Translations under genes and position numbers: made by a program
Shown: piece after piece, positions 38,600 to 48,225 of the stretch
How positions within the stretch are numbered: the first letter of the stretch is position 1
How the letters are laid out: each line of letters opens with the position of its first letter
NCBI GenBank assembly: GCA_020348445.1
Contig: CP070751.1
Span: 3,912,385 to 3,976,384 of the forward strand
Direction of reading: 5' to 3'
Length of the DNA stretch: 64,000 nt
Origin: Thermoplasmata archaeon
GTDB lineage: Archaea; Thermoplasmatota; Thermoplasmata; GCA-020350865
The notes under the pieces: generated by a model
What the model was told of the DNA's origin: nothing
The model's database searches: none
Seen by the model: the letters and a program-made list of their open reading frames with translations, nothing else

Positions 38600-41500
38600 C
38601 TATGTCGCACTTTTTCCACTCAATCCGCAATGGGGGCACTTGATGGTTTCACTTGTTTGGGGGGCCTCGAAAAGATTGTTACACTGTGGACACCTTACAG
38701 TTTGAGTTTGATCCATCTGTTGTACAGATTTAGAGGTGATTCCTGATTTGGCCCTCATTTTCCACACTGCTACTCCTACTATAATACAAATAACGATGAT
38801 TGCAATTATTAGATAGACCCATAAAATATCCTCATCATTTTTCACTGTTATAGAAAATGCCTCTTCGTGGTACTCCCCTTCATCATCATAAACCCGAATT
38901 CTTATGGTATGCTCTCCATTTTCAAGTTTTGTGGTATCCAGCTCATAGCTCCAATCTGATGTTCCTTCAATCTCCTCCCACTCGCCATTGTCAATCTGGA
39001 TTTCTACCTTTGTGATCTCACCATCGACATCTGAGGCCGTTCCCTGGATTGTTATGGTGCCTGAAACTTCATCGGGAATTTCCGAGGTGATGGTAAGAGT
39101 GGGTTTATGGGGATTGTCCACTGTGATATTTACAGACTTTACCTTCGAATAATCTATACCATCATAAGCCCTTGCAGATATCGTGTAATTTCCATCACCC
39201 AAGGTAGTTGTATTCCAGGTATAGCTCCACTCGGTTATTCCCTGGGTGTTTTCCCAATCTCCTTCATTGATTTTTATCTGGACATATTCGATGGTGTCAT
39301 CGCCATCAAGGTCTGATACTGAGCCGCTGACCGTGACTTCTCCTGATATGGTCCCTCCTGTTGGGGAAAGGATATGGATTATTGGGGGAATGTTTCCGCC
39401 GTTGTCAACAATCAATGTAATGGATCTGATTTGCGAATACTCGCCAAGATCGTCCTTTGCCCTTGCATAAATGACATGCTCTCCGTTGCCGTACGTCGCG
39501 GTATCCCAGTTATATGCCCAAGAGGCTGTACCCATCGCCGTGTACCAAATACTGTTATCAATCCTGACCTCTACCAATTCCACATTACCATCATGGTCTG
39601 CAGCGGTCCCTTTTATTTGTAATGTACCACTGACAATCTCTCCGCCGGAATGCGATGTTATTTGAATATTTGGAAAAATGTTGCCTCCATTATCCACAAT
39701 AACAGTTATGGATTTCTCTTGAGAATAGACACCTAAATCATCCTTTGCTCTCGCATTTATCATATGCTCTCCATTTGTATATGTGGTTGTATCCCAATCA
39801 TAATTCCAATTTGAGGTACCGATTACCTCCCTCCAAACCTCGTTATCGATTTGGATCTCTACAACCTGAACAAAGCCATCATCGTCGGAAGCTGATCCTC
39901 TGATTTCTACCCCATCGGATACAGTGACTCCATTTTTTGGATCGGTGATACTAACCTGAGGTGCAATGTTGCCACCATTATCTACTGTAACAGTGACAGA
40001 GACAATTTCAGAGCTGTCTTCACCATCGTAGGCTTTTGCATATATTATATGCTCTCCATTAGAGTATTTTGTAGTGTCCCATTCAAATGTCCAAGAGCTT
40101 GTGCCTGTTGCCAATTTCCAACTTGCCTTGTTATCTATGCTAACATAAACAGATTCGATAATACCCTTATCGGGATCATGGGCTGTTCCTTGGATTGTTA
40201 CTGAGCCGGAAACAGATCCACCAGAAGGTGATGTTATCTCTAAGGTCGGCGGTATATTTGGATGGTCGATCTCTATTTTTCCTTGGCTGTAAGAATAGAC
40301 TGGAGCATGGATGCTGTCATCGATTTTCGCATAGATGTACCAAGTGGTTCCATCTGTCATACCAGTTGTATCCCAATCATAGCCCTGTGATACGCCATTA
40401 TTATCAACTATTCCCGAAGGATATTGATCTGAGGTGTCAATTAAAGTTCCATCATTGCCGGTGTTATCGTTATCATAGTACAAACTAATCGTAGCATCGT
40501 CATCAGGATCGTTACCTACCCATGAAATAGTGTAAGAATCATCAACTGTGACGAGACCTGATGGAGGAGCAGTGACAGAAATTGTTGGAGGATCATTTAC
40601 AGTTATTGATTTATTTGCTATGTTATTTGTAAGATTTGTCTCGACAATCCCCTCCTCTGGTATAATTTCTACCCAGATTATGTGGGTGCCAGTGATTGCT
40701 GTCCATTGCATATTTGCCAAATAAGTTTCATCGATTCCTATGGAAAAGGAATCATACCCGATGAGATTTCCCGGTTCAATTGAATCCAAATAAAAATTTA
40801 CAGTTCCATTGGTAATATATTCACCAATGTTGCTAACTGTAGCATTAATAATAATCTCCTCGCCATTTGCCGGGAGGAAATTTGAAAATTGAATTTCCTC
40901 TGGGGATATCGAAAGGTCGTAACTTTTTGTGCGTTTATGATATATTTCAAGGTTTCCGGTCCTATCATCTTGAAAAACGATATGTATGCGGTTCTTGGAA
41001 TCAAGGGCAATACGAACTGTATCCAGGACCCAAGCATCAGGAGTGCATGAGATTGTCAGGTTCGTATTCTCAATTATTTTATTTCCATTATTATCTAATT
41101 TTGCGTACCAGATGGTCTGATTATCTGCATTTGCGGCTTCTGTATGTTCCCATAGTATATGGGAATTATTTTCATCATCTACCACGATATCACAAAGATT
41201 TGTATTAAAATCTGGTGAATCATAAGTTAATCTTAGGTCATTTATTAGCGTATTTCCGTTGTCATCCAATTTAGTGTAATAAAGTTCGGCTCTAAAACCA
41301 CCAGGATGATTTCTACAATCTCCCCAGATTACATGAACATTATCTTCTGGACCAATAGCGATCGATGGTGTGTTAACGCACGTATCGACATCACTCAGTC
41401 TTATTTCCTCACTCCACTCTGATCCATCGAATTTCTTATAGTGTAAAATATAATTATATCCTCCACCACCGGCTGGTTCGGTTGTAACGAACACCAAATG

Positions 41501-42163
41501 GATGTTATTATTGGAATCGATTACTACATCTGGATTAAAGTGCCCATAATCTGGTCGAGGATCATTAGTTGCATATTGTTTTAAACTCCAAGTAGAGCCG
41601 TTGAAATTGGTATATACGATATCAGGGCTATCAGTAACTGTAGAGTCTGTCCAAAAGACGGAAATATTATTGTTAGAATCTATTATAATACGATGACCTG
41701 GATTAGGTCCATAGCCTCCTAAACCTGCACCCAAAGTTATCATTACAGGTTCACTCCAGGAGTTACCATCAAATTGAGAATAAAAAAGTTCATTCTTGTT
41801 TGGGGAAGGACCATCCCCCTCCCATACGACATGAAGATGATCATTTTGGTCTATTGCAATAACTGGATGAATTGTCGCTTCGGTCCAAGAGTCTATTTGA
41901 ATTCTCTCTTCCCATTCTAACCCATTGTACTTCCGATAATAAATTCCACTTTCACCTGAGGACTCGTTGTAGAATGACCAAACAATATGAATGAAATCGA
42001 TAGAATCTAGAGCGAAATCAGGTCTATAAGAATCGATATCATCGAGACTGATATTCTCGTCAGGTTCCCAACTTTTTGAAGCATTTGATGAAGCCTTTGG
42101 CATGAGTATAATAGTGAATAGGAGAAAAATAATAATCGCCAAAGAACAATGTCGATTTCGCAT
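38600..42163 (-). CDS. Large surface protein: propeller-like N-terminus, CARDB-like domain, tandem bacterial Ig-like repeats, TM anchor, C-terminal zinc ribbon
   Basis: Signal peptide from ATG at 42163 (MRNRHCSLAIIIFLL); IHIVW/LHVVW repeats; Ig repeats ending DNGGNIxP with 288-bp period; TM followed by CPQC...CPHC. Confidence 0.8.
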   Translation of the reverse strand: MRNRHCSLAIIIFLLFTIILMPKASSNASKSWEPDENISLDDIDSYRPDFALDSIDFIHIVWSFYNESSGESGIYYRKYNGLEWEERIQIDSWTEATIHPVIAIDQNDHLHVVWEGDGPSPNKNELFYSQFDGNSWSEPVMITLGAGLGGYGPNPGHRIIIDSNNNISVFWTDSTVTDSPDIVYTNFNGSTWSLKQYATNDPRPDYGHFNPDVVIDSNNNIHLVFVTTEPAGGGGYNYILHYKKFDGSEWSEEIRLSDVDTCVNTPSIAIGPEDNVHVIWGDCRNHPGGFRAELYYTKLDDNGNTLINDLRLTYDSPDFNTNLCDIVVDDENNSHILWEHTEAANADNQTIWYAKLDNNGNKIIENTNLTISCTPDAWVLDTVRIALDSKNRIHIVFQDDRTGNLEIYHKRTKSYDLSISPEEIQFSNFLPANGEEIIINATVSNIGEYITNGTVNFYLDSIEPGNLIGYDSFSIGIDETYLANMQWTAITGTHIIWVEIIPEEGIVETNLTNNIANKSITVNDPPTISVTAPPSGLVTVDDSYTISWVGNDPDDDATISLYYDNDNTGNDGTLIDTSDQYPSGIVDNNGVSQGYDWDTTGMTDGTTWYIYAKIDDSIHAPVYSYSQGKIEIDHPNIPPTLEITSPSGGSVSGSVTIQGTAHDPDKGIIESVYVSIDNKASWKLATGTSSWTFEWDTTKYSNGEHIIYAKAYDGEDSSEIVSVTVTVDNGGNIAPQVSITDPKNGVTVSDGVEIRGSASDDDGFVQVVEIQIDNEVWREVIGTSNWNYDWDTTTYTNGEHMINARAKDDLGVYSQEKSITVIVDNGGNIFPNIQITSHSGGEIVSGTLQIKGTAADHDGNVELVEVRIDNSIWYTAMGTASWAYNWDTATYGNGEHVIYARAKDDLGEYSQIRSITLIVDNGGNIPPIIHILSPTGGTISGEVTVSGSVSDLDGDDTIEYVQIKINEGDWENTQGITEWSYTWNTTTLGDGNYTISARAYDGIDYSKVKSVNITVDNPHKPTLTITSEIPDEVSGTITIQGTASDVDGEITKVEIQIDNGEWEEIEGTSDWSYELDTTKLENGEHTIRIRVYDDEGEYHEEAFSITVKNDEDILWVYLIIAIIVICIIVGVAVWKMRAKSGITSKSVQQMDQTQTVRCPQCNNLFEAPQTSETIKCPHCGLSGKSAT

Positions 42164-42620
42164 AAAATTATATATATTAAACCTTAGATAAGAATATATC
42201 GGTTTACGAGGGCCAGGAATAATTCGCAACAAAATAATGTAATAGTAATCTAGTTGTGTTACCTTAATAACCTCTCAAATCTTAAAGGAGTCTGCCATCC
42301 CCTTTCTACTTTTATCTTTTCGGAAGCTTCTGGTTCCACATAACCCTTTTCGCTATCTCCAAGAAGAGGCGATACTCTTCTTCTGTATTTTCAAAGATCT
42401 TTCAAACTGTCTTTCGCATCTCCATCCAAATATAGAGGGTACAGTTTTAGCGTGTTAATTTTGAATCGAGGTTATATGCATAGAAAAACTTATATCTCTA
42501 CATATTATACAAGATAAATGGGATAAGATATAAATGGGATAAGATAGAGGAGTTGGGGATAAGATAGGGGAGTTGTGCCTTTGCACAATTTATACCAAAT
42601 TAAAAAAGGAGGGTAGCTTT

Positions 42621-45600
42621 ATGGGAAGGATAGAATTTAGAAAGGTCAAAGGAATAAAAAGTGTTTTTGGTATTGTGATCGGGATTGTATTGGTATTAAG
42701 TGGAATTCAGTTTTGGACAGCGGGCAATGTCGAAGCAACAAGTCCTAGTACTTTTGATATGTATACGACGGAGAAAGTACATGAGATAGGAAATGCTCCT
42801 GGGCAACGTCAAACCACTTTTGATATTGAACTAAGAAATTTTGCTGATGAGGAAAATACCGTTGATTTATCCATTGAATGGGATCCATCTCAACCACCAG
42901 ATTGGAGCGCTGATATAAACCCCAATCCAGTTGATATTCCTCCTAGAGTTTCAAGTACCCAACCTGGAATAGCTTTTACATTTCTTACAGTCACAGCGCC
43001 CAATAATCTACCGGTCGATAATATATATGAAGACAATCCAGTGACAATTAATGTTATTGGAGACTCACAACTTCCAGAAGATTCATATATAAATATTATC
43101 TCTGTTGCCGTGATAATGAATACATACGATGCAGATATCTTTTGTGAAGAGCCGTTTAAAATGGCATTACCTGGTGAAACAGTTAATGATGTTATTGCTG
43201 AATATTTAATAACAGTAACAAATGGAGGAAGAATCGATGATGTATTTGATTTGATACCTGTGGGAGACTGCCTTGATCCAACAGGACCATGGGACACCAA
43301 GTTCTACTTTTATGATCCGAACCCAGGAAACCCTCGCGTTGAGTTACCTAAAGGTAATGGCCACCCCAACTATTACGATACTGGAACATTAGCACCAGAA
43401 GGTTCTCTTGATATTATTATGGAGATTATTACTACCACTGGATCGGAACCTAAGTACTATAAAGGAGACATTACGGTAGTTGCAGATTCTATTAACGATG
43501 GTGGTGATAAAGCCAAAAACAATGATCAGGCTCTCACAACAACGCTTATCGTCGGTTTATTATCTTGTATTTCAGATGAATTCCCAGACGATCCTCATTT
43601 TTATTATGAGAATGATTTTCGTGGTCATAATGTAAATCCAGCATCTAGCACCTCCTATAAAATTATTGTTTTTAAAAGGCAAGCCGGAACATATAACGTT
43701 AATTTAAATATTGTTTCTCCCCTCCCAGATTATTGGCATTATAGCATAACTCCGTCATTGATACATTTCAGCGCCGGAGAGCCCGTTGGGGCATATAGAA
43801 ACGCAACACTTATAGTAACAGCGCCGGCAAATGCAATTCTGGGCAATTATGTAGAAACGGTGGTGAGTAGCGAGGATTCCGTGGATTTGGATTCTGTAAA
43901 GGTAAAAACAAAAGTAACAAGCGACAGAAAGGTCTATATTTTGAATCTAGACGCAGTTGGTCCCCGTTATCTTGATTTGGCAAGAGATGGTACAGACTGG
44001 ACTTCTGGAGATGAGAGATTAATGCCAAATATCTGGCAATTGATTCAGACCGGTAGTAGGTATACCGGGACCACCGATTGTTTACCTGCGGTTACGGATT
44101 GTAATCATGTGAGTATTATCACATCCACGCCAACAGGAGTGCACGGTATCCCTGGAGTCGGTGCATATTATACAGGAATGGACCCTACAGATAACTACCC
44201 GAAAATTGCTGGGCCATCCCCGCAATTGATAGTGGATCAGGGAATTGAAACAATTTACGATACTCTTTATGATTCCAAACCAGAACTTAGAACCGGTGTA
44301 ATAGTGGGCAAGAACTGGGTTGCTGAATTATTCAATGGAGATGATTGCGATATCATGGCACATGGGCAAACCCATCCTTTTTATATGAGGGAACCAGGTT
44401 GGGCAAAATTTGGTGACTATGCACCAGGAAGCGATACAGATATTCCTCCTGGGGATACCGGTTTTTCCGATTATCATCTAATAACAGATCAGATTGATCA
44501 ACAGACCGACTCTATTTTCACAGTCCCGGGTGAGATAGCAAGACATTTCCCAACAGATAAATGGGTTGTGGATTCGACGATAGAAATGATCGAAAATGAG
44601 GATCCAGATTTTATCTACGTACTTCTTGCTAATGGCGATGATTCAGGACATGCCTATGGACACGCATGGGATCCCAATGTGGATCCGAGAACCATTAATA
44701 TCCATGCAAATCCAGAAGATATGCTCGATACAATGGCAGAGGTGGACCGTCAAGTAGGGAAGTTTCTTGCTTACCTAGATCAAACAAATAGATACGAAGA
44801 TTCTATTGTAGTGGTAACAGCCGATCATGCTATGACAACACACGCTCAATATAACGAGATTGATATAAAAGAATATTTATTGCACAAGGATATCATAATG
44901 GGACGCGATTATGATTTTATTTTCTCTGAGGGCTCTTTTATTTGGATATTTGGAATTGAGAATGATCCTCCAGGTCCTGGAGTCGAACATGTCGAAGAAA
45001 TACTTGAAATCGATTTTAATAACGACTTCCCTGGACGACTTTGGGAGGTCTTGAGCGTTACTGATACAAAAAACGAACAAAAGGATAATATGAACACTTA
45101 CGACGGAAAAGATTTCGCCCTCTTTAATCAAATATATTATGATCACAATGATTTGGATATAACAACAATAAAGCAACCGGATATAATTATTTATACAGAT
45201 ACGGTCACCGGTACAGACACAACGAGCGGCTTGTTTGAAAATGTTGGATATGTTGATGCAATAATAGGAGGAGCGAACGCTTTAAATATTGATATAGACT
45301 TGTTATATATTCCAAGGGAAGGGAGAGTACCTTATCTCATAGGCAATCATGCTACTTGGAGTGAACAACATGTTCCCTTAATTTTCCATGGTCTGGGAAT
45401 ACAACAGGGATATGAAAATACTGATGATATTTTTGGAGGGACGACTACGATGGATATAATGCCAACCATATGTGAAATTAACAATTGGCCCCAACCAAAT
45501 GATGGTAATCCTGATATGGCGGGAAAAGTCCTAAACGATTGTTTTTCTGACACGAATAAGATAACGGTAAGTCCCGATGGAATTGGTGATTATTCAACGA

Positions 45601-47693
45601 TTCAAACTGCAATTTCTGCCGCAAATCCGGGGGATGTCGTTTTTGTAACGTCAAATTCAATTGGAGGAAATCAAGAGACGACAACATATAAAGAATCTAT
45701 TACTATAGATAAATCGATATCACTCATAGCTGATCGGGTACTTCCACCCATGATTCTGGGAGATCGATGGGATGAACCTCCAACAAATTATGATATAATT
45801 ACGATAACAAGCAACGCTAATCATGTAAAAGTAAAAGGTTTCGAGATAAGTTCAAGCGGGGGTTATGGTGTACTCATTGATTCGGGTTGTGATAATAATC
45901 TAATTTATGGAAATTCTTTCACCTTGAATGGCCACAATGCTTTGGATCTTGGATCAGATAATAGATGGTATAACGGATATTATAGAGGGGATATGGAGTT
46001 GAATTTTGAAGGCGATGGGGAAAAGTATGAATATTTCGGAGGAGGAAATCTCTGGTTTGGGCCTAATTGGGGTCCAGAATGGCCAGTATGGAGTGTAGCG
46101 GACCTAATAAATAATAACAAATATAGTTTGGACGAGTTTAGTGGAGAGAAAAGTTCAGCTGATGAAGACCAAACCGAACCCTATGGCGACTATATCAGTG
46201 ATATAAGTTATATAGATCAACTCGGTAATGTTGAAGATTGGTATCCAATAGCTTATGAGTTAATCTGGTACGAAGAGAAATCGAACTGGATTGTTTCAGG
46301 TTTCGATGTGAGAAATTCAGCCAAGATTATTTTGTCAGGAGATCTGATAATAACTTCTGGGGCCACTTTGATGTTGATAAATTCTGATTTGGTCATGAAT
46401 AGTTTATACGACGGCGAGTATAACATAATAATTGAAGAAGGAGGGAAACTACTCCTAAGTACGTCAGAGGTATATGCAAATAATCCGTTAAATAGATACG
46501 GAATTTACGGGGATGGAGAAATAACTCAGGAATTTAGTAATATAAGAGATGTTCATCCATACAGTACATTTGGAAGATGCGAGGACAGGATATATTATGG
46601 TGATCCTCTAGATGAGTACACAACTTTAGACATCCAGTTCCCGGTGGGAGGGGGTGAGGAAATCGCCTATCTGATGCTTCCAAGAACAGCTGATGTATTT
46701 TACGCAAGTTTCGACCTGACTGGAGAACCCATCGATTCGAACTTCCCAACAGATCCCGCAGTCGATGTTGGAAATGACCAAATTGTTGAGTGGTCATACA
46801 TGGGCCCACTGACCACAACAATACAGGTATCGGACCTTAATACAATACCGATCTTCGAAATATCTGTTCAGGAATATTTGGATGAATATCAACCAGACGA
46901 AAACGGATTCATTTCCATACCGATGTTGTTCAGCTCAGTATCTGAAGGTGAACTAATAATATCAAACCTTGAGATTGGGTATACGACCCGATGGACGTGG
47001 GCGGAATTTTCTCAATCCCATTCAGGTCTAGATTGTTATTATAATAAGTACGCTGTTGACATTTATTACACCGGTGATGGAGAAATAAGAATAGACGATT
47101 CCCTTTGTCCAAGCATAGATTATTCAATTACAATTCCGGAACAAAACTGGGTTAAACCTGCTACAGTAAAACATTGTTATTATGATGAGAATGATGATGG
47201 TATAGTTGATGGAACATCGATACCCGAGTCCACTTTAGTGATGTATTGGTGGGATGAGAACACTCATGATTGGGTGCCAACTACTGATATTTTCGGCGAA
47301 GAAAACACAGGTGTAAAAGCCGTTGATAACTTCGTATGGACGAATGTGGATCATTTTAGCAGCTTTACTACAAAAGGAAGCTATGTTCCAAGAGCTGAAA
47401 CTGATGAATTAATCAATACAATCATTTACATGGATATTCCTCATGGGATAAAAACTAGCTTATTAGCTAAATTGGAAGTTACATTAACTTACCTTAATGC
47501 AGCACAGGACCACTTCATTAATGGAGATTTAGATCTAGGTAATGAGGATTTAATATCTGCTAATAATAAACTCAACGATTTCATAAATGAGGTTGAAGCC
47601 CAGAGGGGTAAAACAATTAGCGAAGAAGATGCGGAAATATTGATAAATGACGCCCAAGAGATCGTTGACCTAATCGATGAAGCTTTTGTATAA
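42621..47693 (+). CDS. Secreted multidomain alkaline-phosphatase-superfamily protein (NPP/phosphodiesterase-like) with Ig-like, beta-helix and FIMAH-like domains
   Basis: ATG at 42621 after AAGGAGG; metal/nucleophile motifs ILNLDAVG, PAVTDCNH, DDSGH, TADHAM, GNHA; DYSTIQTAISAANPGDVVFV beta-helix cap; C-terminal helical SLLAKL...FINEVEAQRGKTISEEDA. Confidence 0.75.
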   Translation: MGRIEFRKVKGIKSVFGIVIGIVLVLSGIQFWTAGNVEATSPSTFDMYTTEKVHEIGNAPGQRQTTFDIELRNFADEENTVDLSIEWDPSQPPDWSADINPNPVDIPPRVSSTQPGIAFTFLTVTAPNNLPVDNIYEDNPVTINVIGDSQLPEDSYINIISVAVIMNTYDADIFCEEPFKMALPGETVNDVIAEYLITVTNGGRIDDVFDLIPVGDCLDPTGPWDTKFYFYDPNPGNPRVELPKGNGHPNYYDTGTLAPEGSLDIIMEIITTTGSEPKYYKGDITVVADSINDGGDKAKNNDQALTTTLIVGLLSCISDEFPDDPHFYYENDFRGHNVNPASSTSYKIIVFKRQAGTYNVNLNIVSPLPDYWHYSITPSLIHFSAGEPVGAYRNATLIVTAPANAILGNYVETVVSSEDSVDLDSVKVKTKVTSDRKVYILNLDAVGPRYLDLARDGTDWTSGDERLMPNIWQLIQTGSRYTGTTDCLPAVTDCNHVSIITSTPTGVHGIPGVGAYYTGMDPTDNYPKIAGPSPQLIVDQGIETIYDTLYDSKPELRTGVIVGKNWVAELFNGDDCDIMAHGQTHPFYMREPGWAKFGDYAPGSDTDIPPGDTGFSDYHLITDQIDQQTDSIFTVPGEIARHFPTDKWVVDSTIEMIENEDPDFIYVLLANGDDSGHAYGHAWDPNVDPRTINIHANPEDMLDTMAEVDRQVGKFLAYLDQTNRYEDSIVVVTADHAMTTHAQYNEIDIKEYLLHKDIIMGRDYDFIFSEGSFIWIFGIENDPPGPGVEHVEEILEIDFNNDFPGRLWEVLSVTDTKNEQKDNMNTYDGKDFALFNQIYYDHNDLDITTIKQPDIIIYTDTVTGTDTTSGLFENVGYVDAIIGGANALNIDIDLLYIPREGRVPYLIGNHATWSEQHVPLIFHGLGIQQGYENTDDIFGGTTTMDIMPTICEINNWPQPNDGNPDMAGKVLNDCFSDTNKITVSPDGIGDYSTIQTAISAANPGDVVFVTSNSIGGNQETTTYKESITIDKSISLIADRVLPPMILGDRWDEPPTNYDIITITSNANHVKVKGFEISSSGGYGVLIDSGCDNNLIYGNSFTLNGHNALDLGSDNRWYNGYYRGDMELNFEGDGEKYEYFGGGNLWFGPNWGPEWPVWSVADLINNNKYSLDEFSGEKSSADEDQTEPYGDYISDISYIDQLGNVEDWYPIAYELIWYEEKSNWIVSGFDVRNSAKIILSGDLIITSGATLMLINSDLVMNSLYDGEYNIIIEEGGKLLLSTSEVYANNPLNRYGIYGDGEITQEFSNIRDVHPYSTFGRCEDRIYYGDPLDEYTTLDIQFPVGGGEEIAYLMLPRTADVFYASFDLTGEPIDSNFPTDPAVDVGNDQIVEWSYMGPLTTTIQVSDLNTIPIFEISVQEYLDEYQPDENGFISIPMLFSSVSEGELIISNLEIGYTTRWTWAEFSQSHSGLDCYYNKYAVDIYYTGDGEIRIDDSLCPSIDYSITIPEQNWVKPATVKHCYYDENDDGIVDGTSIPESTLVMYWWDENTHDWVPTTDIFGEENTGVKAVDNFVWTNVDHFSSFTTKGSYVPRAETDELINTIIYMDIPHGIKTSLLAKLEVTLTYLNAAQDHFINGDLDLGNEDLISANNKLNDFINEVEAQRGKTISEEDAEILINDAQEIVDLIDEAFV

Positions 47694-48225
47694 TAGGGGT
47701 ATTGGAAATACCTTAGAAATCAAATCTCCTTAGGACCTTCAATATTACTACTTATCGAATAAGGTAATGAGATACTATTGAACTAGCAAATCCTTGATTT
47801 CAAGCGGACTACCGATTGCCATTCAAAAAACCCGCTTTCCTTTGGTTTATAATAATGCTTAACAAAATGCCACATCTTATTTCTACAATATATACATCCA
47901 GAGCAATTCCCTTCAGCCTTTTAGAAAAGCGTTGACTAAAATCTAGGGGATAAGCCTCCATACAAACCTTCAGCTTACTTTTTCACTCAAGCCATCGGTC
48001 CAATCCCTATCCTTCCTAGCATAATTTTTCATTACTATCTGATCCTGAGTTATTATCCTCTTGATGGGAATGGAGCCATCTACTTTTTCTTTAAAAATCG
48101 TCGCTACAATATTGCGTAAGAGCCGAAATTATAAATAGACAAAAAAACATTATTAACATCGAGGTTAGGAAGGGAACGCCGGGAAGGGCGTTTCTAACGA
48201 AGTTGATGATAAGGGAGTTTCAAAA

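Noticed and set aside
42250-42430. Coding-looking minus-strand stretch (ENTEEEYRLFLEIAKR...) between the divergent surface-protein genes
   Set aside because: All frames are interrupted within about 45 codons and no family motif is recognisable
47790-48060. Minus-strand fragment reading GNCSGCIYCRNKMW in the long intergenic region
   Set aside because: Spacing is CxxCxxC rather than the radical SAM CxxxCxxC, it is surrounded by stops and has no start or RBS; it cannot be supported as a pseudogene without a homology search
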